From contig JAVECL010000014.1 of NCBI GenBank assembly GCA_051942245.1, positions 1 to 64,000 on the forward strand: DNA of 64,000 nt, written 5' to 3'. Below are positions 1-11,509 of this stretch, piece after piece (positions within the stretch are counted from its first letter, which is position 1; every line of letters begins with the position of its first letter). Origin of the DNA: Trypethelium eluteriae (lineage: Eukaryota). The notes beneath the pieces were generated by a model. It had not been told where the DNA came from. It saw nothing but the letters and a program-made list of their open reading frames with translations, and searched no databases. A program made the position numbers and the translations under genes.

Positions 1-660
1 TGCATTAATATTAAAGAATCCAATATAATAAAGTTCACGCTTATTTAAGGGCTAATAGGATATATACTATTACTAATTTAGCTAATACTTATTAGGATAA
101 TATTAGTATTAAGAAAAGATTATAAAAAAATAATAAAATTAGTACATAATAAAATAGCCAAAAATATTAATAAAAAAAACAAAAGTTTAATTCAAAATAA
201 TAAAAAAGTAAATAAACCTTAATTAAAAAAGGGGGATAAAGTATATTTACTTATAAAAAATTTAAAAATAAAAAGACCTTATAAGAAGTTTAATATAATA
301 AAGGTTAATTTATTTATTATTAAAGAAAAGAAAAATAAAATTAATTATAAGTTAAACCTTCCATAGGATGCTTAAATCCACTTAGTATTTTATTTATCCT
401 TATTAAAATTAGTAAATAAAAGTATATTATACATAAAGATATTTAATTATAAGTTAAAAAAGGAACACAAATTTAAAGTAAAAAAGATTCTATAAAAAAA
501 AAGCAGAAAGTATTTAATAAAATAAAAAAAATACCTAGATTTAAAAAATACTTAAGAAATAAAGATTATACTAATTAAGTATGGAAAAAAAATATAATAA
601 TACCAAAACTTAAAAAAAAAACACATTATTAAAAAGAATTTAATTAAGTTAAGAATTAAT

Positions 661-1128
661 AAAAAAAAAGGTTAATTCCTTTATTAATATATTTTACGCA
701 ATTTTAAAAATAATATAAAAAGGGTTTTACTCCTTAAATAAAGCAACCTCCTTAGGTTTTCCTTCCTTAGACTTAAGGTTTAGAATATTTTAAGTTTTAT
801 TAAAAACTAAGGACTGTTAATATTTATAAAGGAACTTTAATTATTTTTATAAATAATTAATCTTAGTTATAAATTTTATTATTTTATCCCAAACCTAATT
901 TATCTTATAATTAATTTTATTAAAGTTAACCTTAAAAAAGGCCAGATTATAAGGACAGTTCCTCTTTACACATTCTAAACACCTTTAAAAATTAGGATTA
1001 ATACAGCAGTTTAGTTTTTAACATATATAATTACAGCAAGGACATATTATAATAAAAGCTTTACAAAGTTCAGCAATAAGATAATAATAATAAAGTATAA
1101 AAAAAGCAGGAATGCAGGCAGAAGCTAT
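661..1128 (-). pseudogene. RIP-damaged antisense accessory ORF of the chromovirus: Zn(II)2Cys6-like motif followed by a probable coiled coil
   Basis: Minus-strand frame reads PCCNYIC*KLNCCINPNF*RCLECVKRNCPYNL. Reverting two TAT codons to TGT gives Cx2Cx6Cx8Cx2Cx6C. The start (ATA from ATG at 1128) and the 3' end are inferred. Confidence 0.6.
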
Positions 1129-1209
1129 AATAATTAAACATATTATTAGCTATTATATGTACCACACCAGAATAATTATTAGGCTAACAGTTAAAAAGGG
1201 GAGAGGTAA

Positions 1210-1706
1210 TATTATAACCTAGTTATGTTAAGGCTAAACACTATCTCCTTTATACTTATTATAAGCATTCCATAAATAGGTTATAATAAGTAAAGGTTAC
1301 ATAACTGATTAATAATAATAAGCCATAGATTAAGATAAAGCAATCCAGGGTAATTACCCATAAATTATAAGTTATTACACTAATTAGTAATAATTAACCT
1401 AAGATCAGTAAAAATCTAATTAGAGGGATAACAGCTATAATTAGGAAGATTATAAGTATATATATATGTAAAAGGGAATTAGCTTAACTAACTTCCTTGC
1501 ATTTTATTATTATACTAAAACTGTACCCATAGTTAGTTATAAGCTAAATTGGATAAGTCCTTATTTATTACTAAGTTATCCAAAGCTTAATAACCCTTCT
1601 TACATTACTAAATCCTTAACACTCCGCTCTTACATAAAAAACCCTAAGACTACTTTATATACCTGCTACAAGCTATGCTTATATTAGGAGGTATAAGCTT
1701 ATAACA
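1210..1706 (+). repeat. 3' LTR of the chromovirus (about 497 bp)
   Basis: Starts TATTATAAC (RIP form of TGTTATAAC) 3 nt after the PPT AAAAAGGGGAGAGG and ends ...TTATAACA at 1706, giving terminal inverted repeats. Confidence 0.7.
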
Positions 1707-2426
1707 ATATGTTTATAAATTCTTAATTTTAGTTGCATATTGCTAATAAATAAAAATATAATATTATTAAAAATAATAAAGCTGCTATTTAGCTTTTTTT
1801 ATAATAACAGTATAATTAGGGGCGGTTATTGCTGCTTATTGTTATTTTAATATTCCTCTTATTGCGGCGGTTATAGTTTATACATTCTAGCAGAACTCCA
1901 TTATTATAATTATAAGGATCTCTTACACTCTTCTTCCATACTTTTATTTTTATAATTTAAAATAGAAATTAGGTTCTCCTGGATTATGCAACACAATTAA
2001 TACTGTGTTTACCTCCAGTGACTGGGGTGGAAGAGTGAATGAATGAACCTTATAAACACTGCGAAAGAACCCCTTCAGCCCGCCCGCACGGGTCTAGCGA
2101 CGCCCGGACCCTAGCCCCGATCGGGACGAATCATGGTCCGCTCGTGCGATCCTCTCGGCTAGGTTAGAAAAAAAAAAATAAACTAAGTAATAAAAAAGAA
2201 GAAGGAATAAAAGTACTGATATTATAATTTATTCAGATTTTAATATTTTATAATTAGGCACAGACCTACTGCAGTAAAATATCCACCTACACCACGCCTT
2301 ATCCTTACCCAACTCTGGACAACAATACACATCTATTCGTATACCGTTTCACAGAACAGCGGACAAGGTAGACACGGATCTATTATGGTACTCTGGGTTT
2401 CTCCGCCTCTTTCAGCCTATGTTACA
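1707..2426 (-). mobile_element. Second RIP-degraded LTR element: putative 5' LTR (about 1987-2426) plus the start of a low-complexity gag-like ORF, interrupted by the chromovirus
   Basis: Near-inverted termini TGCAACA (1987) and TGTTACA (2420-2426). Minus-strand TATAAAA (about 2252) followed by AATAAA (2233-2228). A stop-riddled MEEE..Q/P-rich frame from about 1939 runs to the 1706 junction. Base composition returns to normal after about 2430. Confidence 0.5.
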
Positions 2427-2876
2427 GTCAAATCAATCAGCTTCTTGCGCGACAGCGATAATGTAAGACGTGCAACAATGCACTGATAGAAACAACTGGT
2501 CATTGTCGTAATCTGGTGGTAAACCGGAATCTTTTGCGATACATATGTCCAGCCTGACGGTGTCGATCACCGATTCAGGCCGACACCAACCCTGCAGCTG
2601 TATTGATTCATGCTTCGGAGTATGGTCCCAGCCATTAGAATTTCAATCCAGTTGGAAGGAATTGTGGAACAATGCCTCTGAACTTGCTATTCGGGGGTAA
2701 TGAGTTCTTTACTAAGAAAATGCGACATAAAACACTCACTCTAATCAGTCAAGTTGTCCGCTGAACTGAGTTCAGCTTTCATTTTCACTTATATGGCTTG
2801 CGAGCATGCTGTATATCTTATTTCTCTCTGCTCTTTGTTGGTCAGAAATCCAGCTGTACAGCTGTTGCCTCATACC

Positions 2877-5800
2877 ATGCAGAGAGCAACGCTTTTCCAA
2901 CTTCTTCCCTTCGTTTTCTTGGTTTCTCAACGTAGGTCAACTTCCCCGGTTTACAGCACGTTGCTAAAACAGGTGTACACAGTTGCACTCACAATTTCTC
3001 CATAAAACTTCTCAAATTCAATGGAAGATTCGAATCCTTCGGAAGTAATCGAGGCTTCAATACTCACTACGATATCTTCTACTGCTGGCCTTGGTGCTCA
3101 TATTATGCGTGGTCTGGGTGCTGCGTCAAATCCGGGGCTGTCAGTAACATCAAGTTCAGCCGGAGATCCTAGCAACATCATATCCCTAAACGTGATCGTA
3201 CGTTCAAATCTGGACCTTACTACGGTCGGAAACCTGTCCTCCGCCTTTGACTGTGGATTGAGTTACTAAGTATACGATAGCTTCACATCGGACTGGTACC
3301 TTTCAGCAGCTAGTGAGACCTATTACATAACGGAATTGTTTATTGTTAGTGTTGTACAAGGAACAGGTGCTGTTTACACAACTGTCGATGGAATTCCGAG
3401 AGCAAGCGGTATCTTTACTCCAACGGCAACATCCGTATTTACCACCGCGGCAACCTTATCTCAGGTATTTCCGGGATCCGAGTCGCGGCCTATGAATGTT
3501 AGCGCTCCGCCATCTCCTACATGCACCTTGTGGCTCAGCGACTGCCGCGCGCTATACACATCATACTTCAGTAGCCTCCGTATCAACCCGAATGCAACAA
3601 TTGTCTCCAGCATCACGCCTGTGCCGACCAATTCGCCTCCATGCGATGCTGCTTTCGATGTGCAACCCAACGAACCTGGCACCACCTTCAGCAATCCAAT
3701 CGAGCCTCCGGGATCCTGCACTCTGTATGGTCAAAACGTTCAACTATGTTTTTTCCCACCAGCAACTCAACAGAGCAATAGTACCGACACGAAAATGGTT
3801 GTACAAGCCTTTGCACCAGGCGTCACATTCACGTCACCTTCTGTATACCTATCTTTTGATGCTTTGTCGGCTATCTCGACTTATTATGGCACTGAAAATA
3901 CGAACTGCTCTAGTTATCCTGATGGGATAAGTAGAGATGTCAACATGAATGGAGGAGGTGTTGCTTTCTCGTCGGTTGGAAAAACTCATCGAGATGTCCT
4001 CTTAACTCTCAAACCCGAAGACGTCTCTAGTAAAGTAATCGACCTGCCGGAAAGTCAAACGGCTAGTATCATCTCGGCTCTTGCATCAGGCGGGTCCGAC
4101 TACAGCTACTGGGCGTCCCAGATAAGCAGTGCTCAATACAATGGAGATTATGCTTACCAGAGAATCACACTCACAGATTTGATCCACCCGCCGAATAGCG
4201 CGTATTACCTCCAAGGTTTAGGACCTCCTGGATGTGATCTCCCCCCAGTTTGGGATGGCCTAGCGGACGTACCAATACCGGTCCCGATACAACCAGAATG
4301 TCAAACGGTGTTTGAGGGCTTGTACAAAGCGCAGCTTTCTCTTCCCTCGCAGCTCTTGTCAGTAGATCCAGCCTGGAGCACTTGCTAACCAGACATCTGG
4401 GGCGTTTATGACCCCCCATACATCCTGACAAAAGGGTCAACAGTTGCTTTACCAGTAGGGCCGACACCGTCTGGAAGTTTCGTAGCCCACGCTCCACCGG
4501 CTCCGAATGAAAGACCAGCTGCTCCTATTCCTGACCCTACTGCATCAATGACCAGTGATCCTGGGGGTCCGTCTGCTATGCCAGGGGAAGAAAGGGGTTC
4601 CAGTTCATCGATATCGATCATCAGCTCTAGGCCAGTAAGTACTGATCCTCAGTCTGATCAATCATCTCCCGAGCCATCCAAATCATCTGGAGGCAGCCGA
4701 AGGCATGATTCAAAGCCAGCATCGACAGACGAGCCAGGCTCACAGCCGAGACCATCGGCATCGCTCATAGTTTCGCTAAATAATGTGCGTCCTTCCGACT
4801 CTCGGATTACAGGCCCTGTATCCGCATCGAATCTGCCCGGGCTCTCGGGAGCTGTTGGGCCAGTCGCGAGTCACGATGCCAACAGTGACGCTGGTATATC
4901 ATTTGATCCCATGATTGCATCGATCGTTAGTGGCTCCGCAGATCAAGAAGGTGGGGACAGAGGCCCGGGAGGTGGAGGCGTAGTCGCGGGACAAGACTCA
5001 GGATCCACCGAAGACGACAATCGCTATGGTACTTCTGACAACGAAGCGTTAAGCTCTAGCCAGGAGGTTACTGTTGGAATCGGAGGACAACCCATGACTG
5101 CAGCCTTTCATACTAACGCCGCAGTCGTGGACGGTCACACATTGAAAATGGGAGATTCGGATGTCATGATCGACGGTCATACTGTTAGCGCAGCTGACAA
5201 GGGCGTCTTGATTGATGGAAGCATTACTCTTTATCCACCAGTCGTCTCATCGGCTCCAAGTACTGCTCGTACGGCAGGCGTAAACATCGACGGCACTCAA
5301 TATACTGCGGCTTCGCAAAACGGTGCAATTCTAATTGGCTCCAAAACAATCTCCGTAGGCGGCGCTCCAGCTATTATCGGAGGACATATCGTTAGCGCCG
5401 CGGCGAAAGGCGCTGTAGTGGATGGAACTACGGGTCCCTTCTCCCAAGCAGCCTCGCCGACCGTTGACAGAGCCAAAATAGCCGAACTCGCCATAAACGA
5501 CAAACCTTATACTGTCAGCTGGAGACCTAGTGCTGTAGTCGTGGGAACAAATACTCTCTCTCCGGGCGGGGCGGCGGCAGTCATCCATGGACAAACCATG
5601 AGCGCTGCCTCTTCTGGTATCGTCATGGATGGAAGCACGGAATCCTACTCGGCACAAGGCTCTTCAGTTACAGAAGCCTCGGAACTTGCTCATAGAGTGA
5701 TTCTTACAGTGGGTGACAAGCCAGTCACCGCGTCAGAGGAGAATGACGCGTTTGTAGTCTCTGGTTCGACCCTTCGTGTGGGGAATTCGCCAGTAACTAT

Positions 5801-6455
5801 CGAGGGAGCTGCTATAAGTGTGGGATCATCTGGAGTCGTCGTGGGAGCGAATAGTTTGCCGTTTGAAGCCTTGGGTTTGGCTCCACCAACCGCCGATGAA
5901 CTTAAAAGCGGGCAAACCACCGTGAAAACTGGCTCCAGTTCATACCAGATATCCGAAGCTCCTAACGGACAGTATGTAGTACTTGATGGGTCCATTACTC
6001 TTTCGGCTGGCGGTCCTGCTACAATGATTGATGGCCAGATGGTGAGCGCCTATCCAGGTAGTGTCAAGATTGGATCGAGCTTCACCAATCCTGGTGCCCC
6101 AGTGTTCACAGAAGACGGTCACATCTTCACTGTCTCTCCTGAGGCAGGTGATGCCAAGATAATGGTCGTCGATGGTTCCATCTCACTTACTGTTGATGGT
6201 GCGGCAAGTATGATTGATGGTGAGAAGCTCAGCGCTGTATCCGGTGGTGTCGTTGCTGGAAGCTTTACAGTATCTCTAGATACCGGGTCCACTATGGCTG
6301 TCAATCCCGGGATTAGCTCATCTCCAGTTTCTCCGCAAGTGGGCAGCCCCGGTGAGGGTACAAGTCCATTTTCGGGTGCAAAACGGATAATTGGGTCTTT
6401 GTTCGCCGCTCTTTTTTGCAGTTGCATTGGTACCGTGTTAGCTGCTGTGTTTTGA
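2877..6455 (+). pseudogene. Secreted/GPI-anchored Ser/Thr-rich repetitive cell-wall protein gene with three in-frame TAA stops
   Basis: ORFs 2754, 3021, 3336 and 4548 share one frame. Signal peptide MQRATLFQLLPFVFLVSQ, with a probable 51-nt intron at 2932-2982. Family-like motifs FTSPSVYLSF and DPAWSTC*PDIWGVYDPP. Six G-rich repeats of the type IDG.xVSA..GVVV.G. Hydrophobic GPI-like C-terminus. Stops at 3003, 3267 and 4386. Confidence 0.8.
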
Positions 6456-6756
6456 TGCAGACTGGATTCTAATTCATAATGATAGCCCTATATTGAGATC
6501 AAGATTAGTGAAGTAATGAATCGTTATGCTTGTATTACCATGAAAGAAATATCGTGGTCGTTGCGCAGTAGATCTTAGTTCAGATAGATGATACTAGATG
6601 CAGTATCAAAATAGTAAATGGCGTGGTAACAAGAAAAAATTAGTAAGCTTTAAGAGTTTCTTATTTCTCGTTTCTCGTTTCAAAGGCTCCATGCCTAACC
6701 TATTTGATCGGTACGGCTACAATCATTGAAAGATAGCATCAGTAAGGGCCCCGGGA

Positions 6757-9180
6757 TTAAGAACTAGCATTGCTCCAAGCCCAAGCATCCTTAAGATTTT
6801 TCTGTGTACTTTGGGTAGGCCAGCCATGTTCCTCTTCGAGCTCCACGAGAACTGCTAGCAAGGCCTTCTGCTCCGTTCGGTCAGTGAATCTATCTCCGCA
6901 CACAGCGATAGCCACACCGGCGGTGACCATGCCAGGTGGACTATGTTGGTTTGCTAAGCCAATTCCACATAATCGTACGACGATAGTTCTTAATTCTTGG
7001 TCTAGTTTCTGCATCGCTACGCGATGACCGAGGCCAAGACGAGGGATTTTGGGGTTGTGGACTGCAAGCAAGATGCGAGCAATTTCCAGGTGCTGGATTC
7101 CTGCAACATGACAATCGTTGAAATACCAAAGCTCCGGAAAGACTTCACAGCGCGAGTAGTCTGGCTCATGAACATAGATGGGATCGAAGGATGCTGGGTG
7201 GAGCTCTGTCCATAGAGCATCGAACGCGATAAGCTCTTCGTATCGAGCGATTCGACGCATCGATGTCATATCCGAAGCTGCGACAGGCTCGTACGTTCTC
7301 GTAAGGGGATGATGAATGCCAGCATTTGCTTCGACTGGAGAGGCTTGTGAGGGGTCGGGAGAGTGGTGTGGGATATCTTCGTCAATTCCGAAGCAGTATT
7401 GGAGGACATCCGCGCAGTGAATTACAAGTCTGTTAGCCCACACATAATCATCTGCCGATCCGAATGAACGAAGTGAATCGCATGGATCTAAGCGAAGTCG
7501 GAACGGTCGCTGTTTGGAGAATGCGGTAAGAACCTCTTGCCGTAGAGCAACCCAGTAAGCAGCATAAGCAACCCCAATACCTATGAGAGGAGACATGGTT
7601 TGGGCGTCAAGAAATACCTGGATACCACGAAGTGCGCTCTCGGAGTCCTCGCCTATGTACGAGACTGAAATAGCACACGACCCGTCAGCCAGGATTCAAG
7701 GGTGATGGTATGAATATCAGCTTGCTACTACTGACCGTCCACTTCTTCATAGTAACGGAGTATGACGGCAGCCGCCAGTAGATTTTCATCTTTGGCATCT
7801 TGCGGATTGTCTGAAAGTGACATTAAATAGTCGATACACTTGTTATGGTAGAAAACAGCAGTCTCCGGTGTCAAATTCGGAAGTGGTTTGCCGGCGTACT
7901 GCACACAATTTCCATTGTAGAACTTCCTGATACGACTCAAGTGTCTTGCCGATGCAGTATAGATGGCGTAGAGTAATGGAGAACATGTTCTTGCGCGAGA
8001 TGGGATAACTGTGGCAAAGTGTCTGGCGCCATCACAGAGATCAAACGATAGAATGTGTCAGCAGTCTCTATTCTTGGTGCTCCGAGAGCCATTACTCCCA
8101 ACTCTTGACAACTTACATAGTGAGCAAGCTCAACAATAAAGTATCGCATCAGACAGGCTTCCTGCGCGTCAAAATGTGGCTGAAGTGAGAGCGATGCATC
8201 GCTTTTGGGAAGCGACGTATAATTTCTCGGTGGGGGAGAAAGCTGAATATGTTGTGACAACGTCGGTGATATGGAACAAGTCGAGATTACATCGTCGGGA
8301 GACAAGTAAGGCCGATAGGGAAGCGCATCGTTGCACTGGCGCTTTGAAGACGAGGACAAGCATTGATTGAACGAACTTGGTTCAGTCTCGTCGCTTGAAG
8401 ATGCTGATGCTGGGGCATCTTGCCGGTTTCTGACAAAAGTCTCATCGGAATTAAGTTCACCTGATGGCGTAGACGCACTCCGGTCTGGATCAAGGGTGTA
8501 GTAGCTAGCTATCTCTGCTGTTTCATCGACGTACGTGTAGTCCGCTATTGATCTCATCAGTTAGCTATTCTTGCAAGCAGGTCGAAAACTTGTCCGTTTC
8601 AACAGTCGTGAATCAGTGAGCTTCTCCTGTGGCAGTGAAGCCATAGGCGCCCTCGATATCACGATATCTCTGCAGCGAGTTCCGTGAAAAAGAATCCGCA
8701 GAATCCATACCGCAGGTAGGAGACTTTATCCATGTTTGGTCAAGTGGAAAGTCGGTGTCATGTCTGGCGCTCGAACCGTGACGGAATCGAATTTGAAGTA
8801 CACCCCAGACACAGGTTGCGCCTGCTCGTTTACACCGTTGGCATGTCGGTTTACTTCCGTCGCCTGTCGAACACGGATACGTGAACAGTCGTCAGCCGAT
8901 ACTATCCAGCAGGAAATGAAGCTCTCGTCGTCTCATATTGTCATCGTCGCCGTTACAGACAGCTGATATCCTCAACTCACATTTCAAATGTCGATCTGGA
9001 GGTGCCCTTCATCAGCTCATCTGCAGTGACGAGATACAATAATGCGAATACCTACTGCGACATTCTTGACTGGTAATCGAGAACAGGATTACATCATCAG
9101 CAAAGAAAATGGTCTGGTTAGGGAGACGGAAAGCCCAACTCTCACCAAGGCACAGCTTTACTCTGCCGAGCCGGTGCCAT
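6757..9180 (-). CDS. Zn(II)2Cys6 fungal transcription factor (ArcA/Fungal_trans_2-like), multi-exon
   Basis: Spliced N-terminus MAPARQSKAVPCQECRNRHLKCDGSKPTCQRCKRAGATC from exons 9180-9146, 9069-9056, 8995-8981 and 8863-8711. Later motifs EACLMRYF, DENLLAAAVILRYYEE, WVALRQE and HGWPT. Confidence 0.88.
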
Positions 9181-9444
9181 TGCATGCTAAGCGAGTAGGT
9201 CCGGCCAAACGCCGCATCAGGAGCCGATTGTGCCTAGAGCATGGCAGGCCAATTCCTGGATCGATGCGAACAGAGTAAATGGGCAGGGAAGTCCTAAGAG
9301 ATGAAAGGAGAAGGGGAATTTCTAATGTTGGAGGAGGTCCACGGAAGGCAAGTGGAGAACATAAGGAAGAGCAAGTCTCGCCGAGAACTTGCCCCACATG
9401 GTCGGCATGAGGAGCCGGCCTCGGAGATGATTGCCACGCGGGGC

Positions 9445-9468
9445 GCGGACCCTGCAGCGGACCCTGCA
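9445..9468. promoter_or_regulatory. Tandem 12-bp direct repeat (GCGGACCCTGCA x2) in the TF/transporter divergent promoter; candidate Zn2Cys6 site
   Basis: Perfect duplication seen directly, giving CGG-N9-CGG. Function is inferred. Confidence 0.35.
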
Positions 9469-9846
9469 CCGTGGCTAAGAATCTTCTAGAGCCCCACCCC
9501 CATGGGGTAACATGGCATTCTTGCATCCTGGGGTAACGCTTTAGGCGCTCTGAGTGCTCCGCCATTTTGATCCATGTGTCCCACGAGGAAGATCTCGGAA
9601 CTCATTTACTGACCTAGAACAGCACTTGCCAAAGCTTCCAGCCCAAGAAAACTCGGTATGCATGATGTGGGTCAAATCTATAAATTCATGGTGTCGTCCC
9701 AATGCACAACACCTTGCGGAGTGCAATTGGTCTCTCATCAACGTTCTCCCACGAGGAACGCAGTTCTACTTCAGTTCTCCCTCATACGGGCCTGTCTCTA
9801 GACTGACAGACTCTATCCCTTGTCATACTACTGTCTTCTAGCCACT

Positions 9847-11509
9847 ATGAACACTATCGAGCGTCTTTCAACCGATATCAAGGATCGGAAGTCGTCGGTC
9901 CAACATATCGAGACGTTTATTAACCCAGAAATTGATGCACTTGACACTATAGAAAATACTGAAGCAAGTAGATATTCTTGGTTGGTATCAATTACTGCAG
10001 GCGTTGGTGGCCTTCTCTTCGGATACGACACCGGTATCATCTCCGCGATCCTGGTCTACCTAGGAACCGACCTGGGTAAGACTCTCGACGGTAGTGAGAA
10101 AGAACTTGTTACATCCATCACGTCTGGTGGCGCATTTCTAGGTGCTGGCTTGGCCGGCCTATTCGCCGACAAGTATGGCAGGAAAATGCCAATCTTCATG
10201 GGATGTATCCTCTTCATCATTGGCGCCATAATACAGGCTTCTGCATTCTCCATTGCACAGATGACTGTTGGACGGCTTGTTGTTGGATTCGGTGTAGGTT
10301 CAGCGGCCATGGTCGTACCAGTAAGGCATTCTCCAGTCTCTACAAAAAAAGGAAATTTACTAACTCAGGCAGTTGTACATCGCCGAAGTTGCTCCTGCCA
10401 AGTATCGTGGCCGTATGATAGGTCTGGACAACATGTCGATTACGGGTGGCCAGTTAATAAGTTATGGCATCGGTGCAGCATTTGCTCATGTCAATCATGG
10501 ATGGCGATACATGGCGGGCTTAGGCGCTGTTCCGGCGATCGTCCTCTGCTGTTTGCTACCACTCTGTCCAGAATCTCCTCGACAGCTTATTTACCACAAC
10601 AAACCGCAAGAAGCAGCAATCGTGATTGCTAAAATCTTCCCCAATGGTACACAAGAACAAGTGGAACAGAAGGTGCAACACATCACTTTCCACGTCGAGC
10701 AGGTTCGAAGTCTTCATGCAGATAAGAGCATCTGGTGGCAGATCAAGCAGCTTTATGTGGTTCCCAGCAATTTTCGTGCCATGGTTTCGGCGTGCGGTCT
10801 CATGGCTATCTCTCAACTCGGAGGATTCAACAGCCTGATGTATTATTCTTCAACTCTCTTCGCCCTCGTGGGATTCAGCAACCCTGTGGCCGTAGGTACA
10901 GTCATTGCGGCGACTAATTTCATCTTCACCTGGGTCAATCTAATGCTTGTCGATCGAGTTGGACGCCGCCGCATTTTACTCAGCACGATGTGGGGTATGG
11001 TTGTCGCCTTGGTTTGTGCTGCTGTCTGCTTCCATTGGATTCCCATCAATCATGATCTCTCTCTGAAGAATAACAGCAGCGTCGGGTGGCCTGCGGACGT
11101 GGTTCTGGTCTGCATGGTATTGTATGTCGGGTTCTACTCATCGGGCATGGGTAATACAGCATGGCTATCATCAGAATTTTATCCCATGGAAGTCCGAGCG
11201 GTTGGAACCATGATGTTGACATTGACTTGCTGGGGTTCTAACATCATCGTTGCGTCGACTTTCCTCACTCAGATGGAGAATACTACGCCGTCTGGAGCGT
11301 TCGGTTTCTATGCAGGAATTTGCTTCTTTGGCTGGATCGCTGTATATTTCTGTTATCCCGAGGTAAAAGGCATGACTCTTGAAGACATCCGCCAGATCTT
11401 CCAGCACGGATTTGGGGTCAAGTATGCGAACCAACTTCAGAGGGAAGCAAAAAGGAGGCAACAAGAGGCTGTACTAGGTGAGGAATCGGGCAGAAACGAG
11501 AAAGTGTAG
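9847..11509 (+). CDS. MFS sugar porter, myo-inositol transporter (ITR)-like
   Basis: Motifs GGLLFGYDTG, DKYGRK, YIAEVAPAKYRG, PESPR, DRVGRR and YPEVKG. Intron 10321-10372. Confidence 0.92.

Larger units (their letters stand above)
1..1706 (+). mobile_element. RIP-degraded Ty3/Gypsy chromovirus LTR retrotransposon, 3' part (integrase C-terminus, chromodomain, PPT, 3' LTR)
   Basis: Very AT-rich and TpA-rich. Frame 1 from 211 reads LKKGDKVYLLIKNLKIKRPYKKF...NYKLNLP*DA*IHLVFYLSLLK, a RIP form of the integrase C-terminal GDKVYL..HPVFHVSLL. About 466-560 reads KFKVKKIL*..KYLIK*KKYLDLKNT*E, a RIP form of the chromodomain EVEKIL..YLIKW.GY..SENTWE. Polypurine tract at 1193-1206. Confidence 0.92.
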
